A stretch of 64,000 nucleotides of DNA from an uncultured Alphaproteobacteria bacterium (GCA_963730305.1 CAVSRB010000004.1:1-64000), one strand, 5' to 3'; shown: positions 10,022-20,291, counted from the first letter of the stretch. A program made the numbers and translations. Notes: generated by a model not told the origin, from the letters alone.

Positions 10022-10603
10022 CTAGATTACGTAGGCGAGGAGGACGAAGCCGCCAACCAGCAGCAGGGCGAAAACCGTCATCGCCAGCTTCAGGTTGCGG
10101 TCCATGAAGTCCTTGATCCACGGACCGAAGATATAGAGCGCGCCGGCCAGGATGAAATAGCGCGCGCCGCGGCCGACGATCGAGGCCAGGGTGAAGGAGA
10201 CGAAGTCCATGCCGGCCACGCCGCTGGCGATGGTCACCACCTTGTAGGGGATCGGCGTCAACGCCCCGATCAGGACGAAGAACACGCCGAACTTGTTGTA
10301 CTCGGCCTGGACCCTGGCGAATTGGTCCATGCTCGAGTAGAGCTCGATCAGCGGCTTGCCCACCGTCTCGAACAGGCCCCAGCCGACCAGCCAGCCGAAG
10401 CAACCGCCGAGCACCGAAGCCGCCGTGCACCACGCCGCGAGCGCCCAGGCGCGCTGGCGCATCGCGATCACCATCGGGATCAGCAGGATATCGGCCGGGA
10501 TCGGGAAGAAAGACGCCTCGGCGAAGGCGAACGCCATCAGCCACCACACGGCGTGCGGATGCGCGGCCTTGGACAGTACCCATTCGTAGAGGCGCTGGAG
10601 CAC
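10022..10603 (-). CDS. DedA/YqaA-family (VTT domain) inner-membrane protein, 193 aa, GTG start (VLQRLYEW...)
   Basis: ~65% identical paralogue of 9399..9980 (FFPIPADILLIPM); the 563-aa ORF 10022..11713 is an upstream over-extension. Confidence 0.7.
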   Translation of the reverse strand: MLQRLYEWVLSKAAHPHAVWWLMAFAFAEASFFPIPADILLIPMVIAMRQRAWALAAWCTAASVLGGCFGWLVGWGLFETVGKPLIELYSSMDQFARVQAEYNKFGVFFVLIGALTPIPYKVVTIASGVAGMDFVSFTLASIVGRGARYFILAGALYIFGPWIKDFMDRNLKLAMTVFALLLVGGFVLLAYVI

Positions 10604-10956
10604 GGGAATATCCGGGCGGGTGGCGGGCCTTCCCTGTAGCAGCGGGAGCCCGCGGGAGCAATCACGCGGGGCCTGCGGCAGCCGTTGGCCGGGCCTGGAG
10701 GCGGGGCCGGCACGGGGACGCGCGTTTCGACGGCACGCTGCAAACGGGCCTCGCTGCTTGACCGGCGACTGGTTTCGGCCGCTTATGCTTCTCGTCGGCA
10801 ACCCATCGGTCCGGCTCGCCTGGCTGCCGAGCGCAGCCACCATCAGCCGTCTGACGGATCCCGTTCCTCGAAAGACCGTCGCCAGGCCTCGGCGCGGCGT
10901 CGGTCTTCGATGGCTGCACGTCGGACGGCCCGAAAAAAATACAAGGAAAAATCGGT

Positions 10957-11196
10957 ATGATTGGACGTAGCCTGATCTTCGCCTGCGCGGCGATTGTCGT
11001 TGCCAGTCCCGCTTTCGCCGGGCCGCTGACTTGCACCTACACGCTGCAGGGCAAAAGCACCGGAGCCGATGGCGGAAACCGGTACAATGTGACGCCCGGC
11101 CAGTGGAAGAAGGTCGACCGTCAGTGGGTCTATGTGATTCCCGACGGCAAGTGGAACGACGGCAACGACTGCCCCAAGTCTCCGCCGAAGAGCTGA
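10957..11196 (+). CDS. Small secreted hypothetical protein (79 aa, signal peptide, 2 Cys)
   Basis: AGGAAAAA RBS 6 nt upstream, classical signal peptide (ASPAFA/GP), locally lower GC, sits in ~1 kb otherwise gene-poor stretch. Confidence 0.45.
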   Translation: MIGRSLIFACAAIVVASPAFAGPLTCTYTLQGKSTGADGGNRYNVTPGQWKKVDRQWVYVIPDGKWNDGNDCPKSPPKS

Positions 11197-11669
11197 TATC
11201 GAGACGCCTCCAAAGTCGGATCAGCAGGATGGGGCCGGGCCCCGTCCTGCGATCCTGCCGACGTCTCCGATGCGGTTCGGGGCTGCCCGCGCCAAGGGCG
11301 CCGCTATGGGAGAATGTCACGCGCGGTCTTTGGCCATCGTCCGATGGCGGGCCGCGCCTGGACTCCGTTGTCGCGATGCTACCGAATGGCCCGTCCCCGG
11401 CTGGCGACCGCATAGCCAAGACCGGCGATGGCCCCGGTTCCTGGCCCCGCCATCGACCTCCTCCGCATCTTGCCCTCCGGCCCAGCCGAATTTCAGGTCG
11501 AGCGCGCCAGCTCCGTCGTTCGGAGCGGGCTGCGAGTATCGTGACGACATTGCCGGGCTGAAGCAGGACCAGGCTTTCCTGACACGGCGCCTGTCCCTTA
11601 TGGTCGGGAACCTTCTGCGCGGCGGGCTTGCCCATCGCGATATCCGGCAACCCGACGAGACGGCCCCTC

Positions 11670-12752
11670 ATGAAATTCGCCCACTTCGCGCACGTATGGA
11701 CCAAGCCGGGCATGACGCCCCATGACCGCTACGAACAGCTCTGGCAGGAACTGGAACTGTGCGACGCGCTCGGCTTCGACTACGGCTTCTGCGTCGAGCA
11801 CCACTTCACGCCCTACGAGAGCTGGATGTCGTCGCCGAGCCTCTACACCGTCGGCGCCGGCGTCAGGACCAAGAACATCCGGCTCGGCCCGATGGGCTAC
11901 GTCGTCCCGCTCTACAACTCGCTGCGCCTGGCCGAAGAGATCGCGATCATCGACCAGATGCTCGGCGGGCGCATGGAGGTCGGCCTCGTCCCCGGGATCA
12001 TGAACTCCTACTTCGAGCCGTTCGGGCTGGACTACGAGGACCGCAAGGCGCCGACCATGGAATACCCGGCCTACCTGCGGGCCGCCTACGGCGACGACCA
12101 GCCGTTCTCCTTCTCGGGCAAGATCCACAAGACGAAGAACGCGCGCATCTCGGTGATGCCGCAGCAGCGGCCCCACCCGCCGCTGTGGATGATGAGCCGC
12201 GATCCGGAAACGCTGGAGTTCCTCGCCGCCAACGGCATCAACACCGGCAACTTCCTGGTCTTCCCGCGGGAGGTCGCGGCTCCGCGCTACCGCAAGTACC
12301 TGGAGGACTGGCAGGCGGCCGGCTGGGACCGCAAGCCAAACATCGCCTACGCGACGACGGTCTATATCGACGAATCCGACGACAAGGCGATCGAGATCGG
12401 GCTCGAGCGGGCGAGCCGGGCCTACGAAGGCCTGTTGCCCTCGCCCGACGCCCCGTTCGAGGACCGCCTGCAGGAGTTCAAGGACCAGTTCGCGGCGCGC
12501 GGCGAAGATCCGGCCGGGGCGCAGCTCACCAAGATCTTCGACCCGAACTACATCCTGGAGAACGATCTGGTCTTCGTCGGCTCGGCCGAGACGGTGGCCG
12601 AGAAGCTGCACCGGGCCGCCGACACCGGCGTCTTCAACACCTTCATGGGCGAGTTCAACTTCTCCGACCTGCCGGCGGACGACCTGATGCGCTCGATCCG
12701 CCTGTTCGGCGAGAAGGTGATCCCCGCGCTGCGCGACTTCGAGCCGTTCTGA
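11670..12752 (+). CDS. LLM-class flavin-dependent oxidoreductase (luciferase-like monooxygenase), ~360 aa
   Basis: MKFAHFAHVW... TIM-barrel LLM family sequence; start moved to internal ATG. Confidence 0.8.
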   Translation: MKFAHFAHVWTKPGMTPHDRYEQLWQELELCDALGFDYGFCVEHHFTPYESWMSSPSLYTVGAGVRTKNIRLGPMGYVVPLYNSLRLAEEIAIIDQMLGGRMEVGLVPGIMNSYFEPFGLDYEDRKAPTMEYPAYLRAAYGDDQPFSFSGKIHKTKNARISVMPQQRPHPPLWMMSRDPETLEFLAANGINTGNFLVFPREVAAPRYRKYLEDWQAAGWDRKPNIAYATTVYIDESDDKAIEIGLERASRAYEGLLPSPDAPFEDRLQEFKDQFAARGEDPAGAQLTKIFDPNYILENDLVFVGSAETVAEKLHRAADTGVFNTFMGEFNFSDLPADDLMRSIRLFGEKVIPALRDFEPF

Positions 12753-12818
12753 GCAGACGGCGGACCGGGCCGCCGGAGTCCAAGCCGGCAGTCGGGCAGG
12801 ATCACCCGCGGCGACGCG

Positions 12819-14451
12819 TCAGGTTTCCCAGGGCCCGGGCTTGGGTGCATCCGACCGAGGAGCACCCGACTGGGACGCACTCGCCTCGGGCGGTTCCGGA
12901 GCCGCGGCCTCGGACTTAACAGTCTCGGACTTGGCAGTCTCGGATTTGGCATTCCCAGGACTGGCGGGCTGGGACGTGGCGGCGTCGGGTGCCGCCGGCG
13001 CCGACTGCACTGGGTCGGTCCTCGCCGGCCCGGTCTTGGCGGGCGGAGGCGCGCCCTGCGGCGCCGGACCGGCCGCGCCCTGCGGCGCCGGGGCAGGAGA
13101 GCCGGCAGCCCCGTTGGTCTTGCCCGCCACCCACTCCGGCAGCGAGATGCCGTGGCTGTCGAGCACGTCCTTGAGCGGCGGCACGGCCTTGATAGAGGCT
13201 CTGGATGAAGTCGGCGGTCGAGCCGTTGCCGTTGCCCGAATCCCAGACCGTGACCTTGTCGAACTTCAGATCCTTGATCGCGCCCATCTGGGTAGCCAGC
13301 AGCTGCTCGACCTTGTCGGCGACGATGAGCTGGACTGCCTTTTCCGGATCGCCGCCGGCGGCCGCGACGATCGCCTTCAGGCCCGCCGCCGTCTGCTCGA
13401 GGATCGCATTGATGCCGCGGGCCTCGGCTTCCTTGACCGAGTAGATCGCATCGGCCTCGCCGCGGGCGTGCTCGCGCTGCCGCTCGGCGTCGGCCTGGGC
13501 GGCGACGATGGTCTGCTTCTTCTGGGCCTCGGCAGGGACCACCTGCTCGGCGTAGAGACGCGCCTCCTCGCGCGCCGCCCGCGCCTGTTCGGCCTCGCGC
13601 TCGGCGGCGTAGGATTCCTGTTGGGCCTTCGCTTCCGCGACCTGCTTGGCGGCGGTCGCGCGCCGGTCGGCTTCGGCCTGCCGCTCGCTGAAGTCGGCGT
13701 TGGACTGGGCGATCGCCGCCTTCGAGTCGTTTTCGCCCTTGATCGCTTGCGCGTTGGCCTCGGCGATCTGGATGCGCTTGTCGCGGTCGGCCGCGGCCTC
13801 GCCGGTCGCGCCGGACCGGTCGTGCTGGGCGACCTCGACCTTGGCCTCGTTGATCGCCTTGGCCGCCGCCTCCTTGCCGAGCGCGTCGATGTAGCCGGAC
13901 TCGTCGGTGATGTCGCGGACGTTGACGTTGATGAGCTTGAGGCCGACCTTGGCCAGCTCGTCGCCGACGCTCTCGGTCACGTTCTTGATGAACTTGTCGC
14001 GGTCGGCGTTGATCTCCTCGATGTCCATGGTCGCGACGACCACGCGGAGCTGGCCGAAGATGATGTCGCGGGCCAGCTCCTGGATATCGTTGTTCTTCTT
14101 GCCGAGCAGCCGTTCAGCGGCATTCTGCATCACCGCCGGCTCGGTCGAGACGCCGATGGTGAAGCTCGCCGGCACGTTGATGCGGATGTTCTGCTTCGAC
14201 AGCGCGCCCTTCAGGTCGAGCTCGATCCCCATGGGACTGAGGTCGAGCCATTCCGACGCCTGGATGACCGGCCAGACGAAGGCGGCGCCGCCATGGACGC
14301 ACTTCGAGCTCTTGTCCTCGCCGACCTTGCCGTAGATCACCAGGATCTTGTCGGACGGGCAGCGTTTGTACCGGGTCAGCGCCGCGATGAAGAGAAAGGC
14401 AAACGCGATCGCGAAGACCGCGATGATGACGAGTACGACTGCTCCGCCCAT
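12819..14451 (-). pseudogene. Flotillin-like SPFH/band-7 protein (YqiK/FloA-like), interrupted by +1 frameshift at ~13188-13200; C-terminal Pro/Ala-rich tail
   Basis: SPFH domain and coiled-coil EA-rich region in 511-aa ORF; conserved C-terminal PPLKDVLDSHGISLPEWV motif continues in another frame (ORF 12819..13184) right after ...ADFIQSLY. Confidence 0.75.
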
Positions 14452-14482
14452 GGCTTAGGCTCCCTCGTTTGCGGCCGCCGAT

Positions 14483-15124
14483 TCACCGGTCGCCGCTGTA
14501 ATGCACACGCGCCGGTGCGACGAGCAGCGTGCCGCTGCCCGAAATGTCGATGACCCGGATTTCCGTCCCGGTCGGGATCGGCTCGGTCACGGAGACGTCC
14601 TTGGTGATCGCGGGAAGCTCGCGACGCTGGCCCTGGACGGTGACCAAGACCGCGCCCCGGCCCTCGCCCGCCGGCGGAATCGGATAGTAGACCTTGCCGA
14701 TCGCGCCGACGGCGTTGCGCAGCTTCATCGTGCCGCTCGACGACAGGCCATAGAGCTTGAACCAGACCCAGGCAACGCAGACGACCAGGACCGCGGCGAC
14801 GAAGAAGCCGAGGATCGCGGCGTTCAGGTCGGTCATCCCCGACCAGAGGCCCGAAAGGGTGATCCATCCGAAGGCGGCGAAGAACAGGATGATATTGCTC
14901 GTCTCGAACACGTGCATGCCCGCGACGTCCGTGCCCCCGTCCGTGCCTCCGTCTCCGCCATGGTCGCCGGAATGGTCGACGGCGTGCGAGACGCCGTGGT
15001 CGAGGTCGTGATCGCCCAGTCCGACGACACGCAGGATGGCCTGGATCGCCCAGATCGTGGTGAAGAAGACGACCACGCCCCACAGGATCTGGTGAAAGAG
15101 CGGGAGGTTTCCGTACCAATCCAT
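14483..15124 (-). CDS. NfeD-like/YqiJ-family membrane protein (flotillin partner), 213 aa; start MDWYGNLPLF
   Basis: N-terminal TM helices + C-terminal OB-fold (TLLVAPARVH...), GGAGAG RBS, directly upstream of flotillin gene. Confidence 0.7.
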   Translation of the reverse strand: MDWYGNLPLFHQILWGVVVFFTTIWAIQAILRVVGLGDHDLDHGVSHAVDHSGDHGGDGGTDGGTDVAGMHVFETSNIILFFAAFGWITLSGLWSGMTDLNAAILGFFVAAVLVVCVAWVWFKLYGLSSSGTMKLRNAVGAIGKVYYPIPPAGEGRGAVLVTVQGQRRELPAITKDVSVTEPIPTGTEIRVIDISGSGTLLVAPARVHYSGDR

Positions 15125-15336
15125 CGGTCTCTCCAACTCGGTCGGCGGGAGCCGGACGGCTGCTACCGAAGCGAACGTCGGTGCCCGGCCGGACACGGAA
15201 AGACGACGCCCGCGGGCGGCCCTCTTGAATCTGGCGCCGAAAAGTGGCGCCGCAAGCATTTATCATCGGCCGATTACAGACCGAGGTCCACCTTGTGGCC
15301 CGGCGTCGGGACGGACGAACCAGTTTCTATACGGTC

Positions 15337-15362
15337 GAAAAGGCGGTTACGGGTTACCGCCG
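15337..15362 (-). terminator. Putative intrinsic terminator downstream of 15434..17770
   Basis: On minus strand: hairpin GGCGGUAACCCGUAACCGCC followed by UUUUCG. Confidence 0.45.
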
Positions 15363-15433
15363 GACGCCGACGATGCCGGTCGGGATCGGACCTCGGCCGC
15401 TACCGGTCGCGTCGGCGCGCAGGGGAACGCGGC

Positions 15434-17770
15434 CTACGCCGCGCGCGCCTCGCTGAGCGCCCGCCACAGCTTCTCCGGGCTCGCCGGCATGTCGATGCGG
15501 TCGATGCCGAGCGGCCACAGGGCGTCGTGGACGGCGATCATCGCGCAGGGCAGGCCGCCGACCGTGCCGGCCTCGCCCGCACCCTTGATGCCGAGCGGGT
15601 TGGTCGGCGACGGCACCGGGTTGGTCTCGACCTCGATCATCGGCATGTCGCTCGCCCGCGGCATCGCATAGTCCATGAACGAGCCGGTCAGCAGCTGGCC
15701 CGAGCCCTCTTCCCACCGGACCTCTTCCAGGGTGACCTGGCTGATGCCCTGGACCACGCCGCCCTGGATCTGGCCCTTGAGCAGCAGCGGGTTCATCACG
15801 GTGCCGACGTCGTCGACGACGCAGTAGCGCTCGACCGTCAGCGTCCCGGTGTCCGGATCGATCTCGACCTCGCAGATGTGGCAGCCGTTGGGGAAGGTCG
15901 GTGCCTTGTGGGCGAAGGTCGCGCTGGCGCTGAGCCCCGTGTCCATGCCCTGGGGCAGGTTCATGTAGGCGTAGGACTGACGCGCCAGGGCGGTCAGCGA
16001 GATCATCTTGTCGGTGCCGCCGACGGCGAAGATGCCGTCGTCGAAGACGATGTCCTCGACCGCGGTCTCGAAATGGTGGGCGGCGAGCTGCTTGCCCTTC
16101 TCGACGACCCGGTCCGCGGCGAGCGAGAGCGCGCCGCTGGCGATGCCCGACGAGCGCGAGCCGAAGGTGCCATGGCCGTGGCGGATCGCGTCGGTGTCGC
16201 CCTGGACGTAGCGGATCTGCTCCATCTCCAGGCCGAGCTTGTCGGCGAGCAACTGGCGGAACACCGTCTCGTGGCCCTGGCCGTGCGAGTGGGTGCCCAT
16301 CAGCACGGTGGCGCTGCCGTCCTGGGCGAAGCGGATCTCGGCGGCCTCGTCGAACATGCCGGCCGACTGCTCGATCGCGTTGGCGATGCCGAGCCCGCGC
16401 AGCTTGCCGCGCGCTTCCGATTCCGCCTTGCGCGCGGCGAACCCGGCGACGTCGGCCATCGCCAGCGCCTTGTCCATGTTCTCCTCGAACTTGCCCGAAT
16501 CGTAGACGAAGTTCAGGCCCGTCTTGAACGGCATCGCGTCGGGCGGGATCATGTTGCGGCGGCGGATCTCGATCCGGTCGATGCCCAGCTCGCGCGCGGC
16601 GCGCTCGACCGCCAGCTCGATCATCAGCGCCGCCTCGGGCCGGCCGGCGCCGCGGTAGGGGCCGATCGGCACGGTGTTGACGAACACGCCCTGGACCTCG
16701 GCGTAGATCGCGGGCGTGCGGTAGACGCCGGCGGTCCCGCCCATGTTGCCGAAGGTCGGCGCCGGGCCGAAGAAGCCGGCATAGGCGCCGAGCGAGGCGA
16801 CGCTGCCGATGCGCATCGCCTGGAACTCGCCCTCCTTGGTCATCGCCAGCGCCACGTGCAGCCGACAGTCGCGGCCCTGGTCGTCGGCGAGGAAATGCTC
16901 GCTGCGGTCGGCGACCCACTTGACCGGGCGGCCGACCTTCTTGGCCGCCCACAGCACCAGCGCGTGCTCGGGGAAGGTGCTGCCGCGCAGGCCGAAGCCG
17001 CCGCCCATGTCGGGGCTGACCACGCGCAGCTTGCCGATCGGCATCTTCATGACGTGCTCGGCCAGGAAGTTGCGCGTGTCGTGGGGCGACTGGGTGCCGC
17101 TGTAGAGCGTGTAGCGGTCGGTGTACCGGTCGTACTCGCCCGTCGCGGCGCGGGTCTCCATCGGGTTCTGCGCCAGCCGGGTCACCGGCACGTCGAACTC
17201 GGTGACGTGCTCGGCGGCAGCGAAGGCGGCGTCGACGGTGGCCTTGTCGCCCATCTTCTGGACGAAGCAGACGTTGTCGCCGCAATCGTCCCACAGCACC
17301 GGCGCGTCGGCCTTGACCGCCTCCCCGGCGTCGGTGACCGAGGGCAGCTCCTCGTATTCGACCATGATCGCCTCGGCGGCGTCCTTGGCCTGGTTGAGCG
17401 TCTCGGCGACGACGAAGGCGACGTAGTCGCCGACGAAGCGGACCCGGTCGGTGACCAGCGGCGGCCGCTTGGGCACGTAGATCGGCTCGCCGTTGGCGCG
17501 CTTGAGCGGGATCAGGATCGCGGCCATGCACGGCATCTCGCCCAGCTCGTCGGCGGCCCAGTCGGCGCCGGTATAGATCGCGATCACGCCGGGCATTTCC
17601 AGCGCCTCCGAGGTGTCGATCGAGACGATGCGGGCGTGGGCGTGGGGCGAGCGCAGCACGTAGCCGCGCGCCTGGCCGGGCAGGTTGATGTCGTCCGTGT
17701 AGCGCCCGCCGCCGCGCAGCAGCCGCGGATCCTCGAACCGGGGCACCGCCTGTCCCATGCCGAATTTCAT
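15434..17770 (-). CDS. Xanthine dehydrogenase/CO-dehydrogenase family molybdopterin-binding large subunit, 778 aa (orphan, no adjacent small/medium subunits)
   Basis: N-terminal a/b-hammerhead and MoCo-binding domains (MKFGMGQAVPRFEDPRLLRG..., GGGFG), full length; no CODH-specific VAYRCSFR motif seen. Confidence 0.85.
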   Translation of the reverse strand: MKFGMGQAVPRFEDPRLLRGGGRYTDDINLPGQARGYVLRSPHAHARIVSIDTSEALEMPGVIAIYTGADWAADELGEMPCMAAILIPLKRANGEPIYVPKRPPLVTDRVRFVGDYVAFVVAETLNQAKDAAEAIMVEYEELPSVTDAGEAVKADAPVLWDDCGDNVCFVQKMGDKATVDAAFAAAEHVTEFDVPVTRLAQNPMETRAATGEYDRYTDRYTLYSGTQSPHDTRNFLAEHVMKMPIGKLRVVSPDMGGGFGLRGSTFPEHALVLWAAKKVGRPVKWVADRSEHFLADDQGRDCRLHVALAMTKEGEFQAMRIGSVASLGAYAGFFGPAPTFGNMGGTAGVYRTPAIYAEVQGVFVNTVPIGPYRGAGRPEAALMIELAVERAARELGIDRIEIRRRNMIPPDAMPFKTGLNFVYDSGKFEENMDKALAMADVAGFAARKAESEARGKLRGLGIANAIEQSAGMFDEAAEIRFAQDGSATVLMGTHSHGQGHETVFRQLLADKLGLEMEQIRYVQGDTDAIRHGHGTFGSRSSGIASGALSLAADRVVEKGKQLAAHHFETAVEDIVFDDGIFAVGGTDKMISLTALARQSYAYMNLPQGMDTGLSASATFAHKAPTFPNGCHICEVEIDPDTGTLTVERYCVVDDVGTVMNPLLLKGQIQGGVVQGISQVTLEEVRWEEGSGQLLTGSFMDYAMPRASDMPMIEVETNPVPSPTNPLGIKGAGEAGTVGGLPCAMIAVHDALWPLGIDRIDMPASPEKLWRALSEARAA

Positions 17771-17864
17771 GCCGTCTCTCCCTTTCCCGGTCGTCTCTTG
17801 GCTATCGCGCGCGGATTGTTACATAAGACGTCACCTCGTCCAGTGACAATTCCGGAGACCCCGC

Positions 17865-19961
17865 ATGACAGCCGGGACGACCGCAGACCGCGCCGCCCCG
17901 CCGGTGGCCAAGCGCGTGCCCGTCGAAGACGTCCGCCACGGCGACCGCCGGGTCGACGACTATCACTGGCTGCGCGACCCCGGCTATCCGCAGGTCGAGG
18001 ATCCGGAGATCATCGCCTACCTGGAGGCCGAGAACGCCTATCGCGAACAGGTGATGGCGCCGGTCCGCCCGCTCCAGGACGAGCTGTTCGAGGAGCTCAA
18101 GGGCCGGCTCAAGGAGGACGATGCGGGCGTGCCGGTCAAGAAGGGCGACTGGTACGCGACCTGGCGGTTCCAGCCCGACCACCAGTATCCGGTCCACTAC
18201 CTGATCCCGGCAGCCGACGGTCCCGACGCCGAGGGCCGGGTGCTGCTCGACGAGAACGCGCTGGCCGAGGGGCACGACTACCTGTCGGTGCGCATGGTCG
18301 AGCCGTGCCCCGGCTACCGCCGCTTCGCCTATTCGGTCGACGTCGACGGCTCGGAGAAGTTCGAAATCAAGGTGCGGCCGATCGACGGCGGCGAGGACCT
18401 GCCCGACCGGGTGCCCAACACCAACGGCACCTTCGCCTGGGCCAGCGACGGCGAGAGCTTCCTCTATCTCCGGCTCGACGACTCGCTGCGGCCGTCGAGC
18501 GTGTGGCGCCACCGGCTCGGCACGCCGGCCGAGGACGATGCGCTCGTCTACGAGGAGGCCGACCCGGGCTTCATGGTCTCGCTCGACGTGCCGCTCGACG
18601 AGACGCTGATCTTCATCGAGGCCGGCGACCACGAGACCAGCGAGGTCCGCTTCGTCCCCGCCGATACGCCCGATGCGGCGCCGACCCTGATCGCACCGCG
18701 CCGGAAGGGCCAGCAGTACAGCGCCGACCACCGCGACGGCACGCTCTACATCCTGACCGACGACCGCCACGAGAACCGGCGGCTGGTCACCGCGCCGGTG
18801 GCGACGCCGGGAACCGAGCACTGGCAGGAGATGATCGCACCGTCGGACGCGGTCTACCTGTCCGGCCACCTGGTGTTCCGCGACTTTCTGGTGGTGGTCG
18901 AGCGGGAGGCCGGCGTCCAGCACGTCCGCGTCCGCCGCTTCGCCGACGGCGAGAGCCACCGCATCGAATTCGACGAGCCGGCCTATTCGGTCCACCCGCG
19001 CGGCAACGCCGAGGCCGGGCAGACGCACCTGCGGCTCGGCTACCAGTCGCTGGTCACGCCGCCGACCGTGCTCGACTACGACATGGAGAGCCGCGAGCGC
19101 ACCGTCCGCAAGGTCCAGGAGATCCCCTCGGGCTACGACGCCTCGGCCTACGTCTCGGAGCGCGAATGGGCAACCGCGCCGGACGGCGAGAAGGTGCCGG
19201 TGACCATCGTCCGCCGCCGCGACACGCCGAAGGACGGCTCGGCGCCGCTCTACCTGTACGCGTATGGCAGCTACGGCGCGACCATCGACCCCTATTTCAG
19301 CCCGAACCGGCTGTCGCTGCTCGACCGCGGCTGGGTCTGGGCGCTGGCCCACCCGCGCGGCGGCTCGGACCTGGGCCGGCGCTGGTACCTGCAGGGCAAG
19401 CTCGAGCACAAGGTCAACACCTTCACCGACGTGATCGCGGTCGGCCGGCACCTTGCCGCCCAGGGCTACACCGCCGAGGGCCGGCTGACCGTCGCGGGCG
19501 GCAGCGCCGGCGGGCTGATGGTCGGCGCCTGCATCAACATGGCGCCCGACCTGTTCCACGCCGCCGCCGCCCACGTGCCCTTCGTCGACGTGCTCAACAC
19601 CATGCTCGACGACACGTTATGGCTGACGCCGAGCGAGTTCGTCGAATGGGGCAACCCGATCGCCGACGCGGACGCCTATTTCCGGATCAAGGGCTACAGC
19701 CCCTACGACAACGTCGAGGCCAAGCGCTATCCGCACCTGTTCGTCACCGGCGGGATCAGCGACCCGCGCGTGACCTATTGGGAGCCGGCCAAGTGGGTCG
19801 CCAAGCTGCGCGCGACCAAGACCGACGACAACCTGCTGGTCCTGCGCATGAACATGGGCGCGGGCCACGGCGGCGCATCGGGCCGCTACGAATCGCTGAA
19901 GGAGCTGGCCGAGGAATATGCCTTCCTGCTGCTGGTCTACGGCATGGCGGAAGGCGGGTAG
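17865..19961 (+). CDS. ptrB: S9A prolyl oligopeptidase family protein, oligopeptidase B-like, 698 aa
   Basis: N-terminal beta-propeller + C-terminal a/b-hydrolase with GGSAGG nucleophile elbow, Asp/His downstream. Confidence 0.85.
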   Translation: MTAGTTADRAAPPVAKRVPVEDVRHGDRRVDDYHWLRDPGYPQVEDPEIIAYLEAENAYREQVMAPVRPLQDELFEELKGRLKEDDAGVPVKKGDWYATWRFQPDHQYPVHYLIPAADGPDAEGRVLLDENALAEGHDYLSVRMVEPCPGYRRFAYSVDVDGSEKFEIKVRPIDGGEDLPDRVPNTNGTFAWASDGESFLYLRLDDSLRPSSVWRHRLGTPAEDDALVYEEADPGFMVSLDVPLDETLIFIEAGDHETSEVRFVPADTPDAAPTLIAPRRKGQQYSADHRDGTLYILTDDRHENRRLVTAPVATPGTEHWQEMIAPSDAVYLSGHLVFRDFLVVVEREAGVQHVRVRRFADGESHRIEFDEPAYSVHPRGNAEAGQTHLRLGYQSLVTPPTVLDYDMESRERTVRKVQEIPSGYDASAYVSEREWATAPDGEKVPVTIVRRRDTPKDGSAPLYLYAYGSYGATIDPYFSPNRLSLLDRGWVWALAHPRGGSDLGRRWYLQGKLEHKVNTFTDVIAVGRHLAAQGYTAEGRLTVAGGSAGGLMVGACINMAPDLFHAAAAHVPFVDVLNTMLDDTLWLTPSEFVEWGNPIADADAYFRIKGYSPYDNVEAKRYPHLFVTGGISDPRVTYWEPAKWVAKLRATKTDDNLLVLRMNMGAGHGGASGRYESLKELAEEYAFLLLVYGMAEGG

Positions 19962-19988
19962 ACGGGGCCGAGCGCGGGCAGGCGGACG

Positions 19989-20291
19989 CTAGTTCCCGAC
20001 CGCCAGTGTGCAGGTGACCTGGCGGCCATCGAGCTTGAGCCGCGCGGAAGCGCCCTTGGTCCAGAACAGCGTGTCGCCCTTCTGGTACTTGTCACCCGAG
20101 GCCGCCTTGACCGACGGCAGGACGACCGTGTCGAACCGGCTCAGGCTCAAAACGACGCTGCCGGGCCGTTTGATATAGTTCGCCGTGACCGTCGATCCGT
20201 CGTTGCAGCGATACACGATCGGCTTCATCCGAGCGGTCGCGGAACCGGCGAAGAGACAGGTGGCGATCAGGGGAATGAGTGCGAAGCGCAT
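19989..20291 (-). CDS. mliC: MliC-family periplasmic C-type lysozyme inhibitor, 100 aa
   Basis: Signal peptide, conserved Cys pair (YRCNDG ... QVTC) and FWTKG motif of MliC fold. Confidence 0.65.
   Translation of the reverse strand: MRFALIPLIATCLFAGSATARMKPIVYRCNDGSTVTANYIKRPGSVVLSLSRFDTVVLPSVKAASGDKYQKGDTLFWTKGASARLKLDGRQVTCTLAVGN

Noticed and set aside
10022-11713. 563-aa ORF extending the second dedA-like gene 370 codons upstream
   Set aside because: Only the C-terminal 193 aa match the VTT family. Upstream part is Arg/Pro/Ser-rich with no RBS logic. GTG start at 10601-10603 fits the paralogue alignment.
14501-20017. 1838-aa plus-strand ORF
   Set aside because: Runs antisense or out of frame across four real genes (NfeD, XDH-L, PtrB). 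Extreme Arg/Gly/Asp low-complexity; artefact of stop-codon-poor GC-rich DNA.
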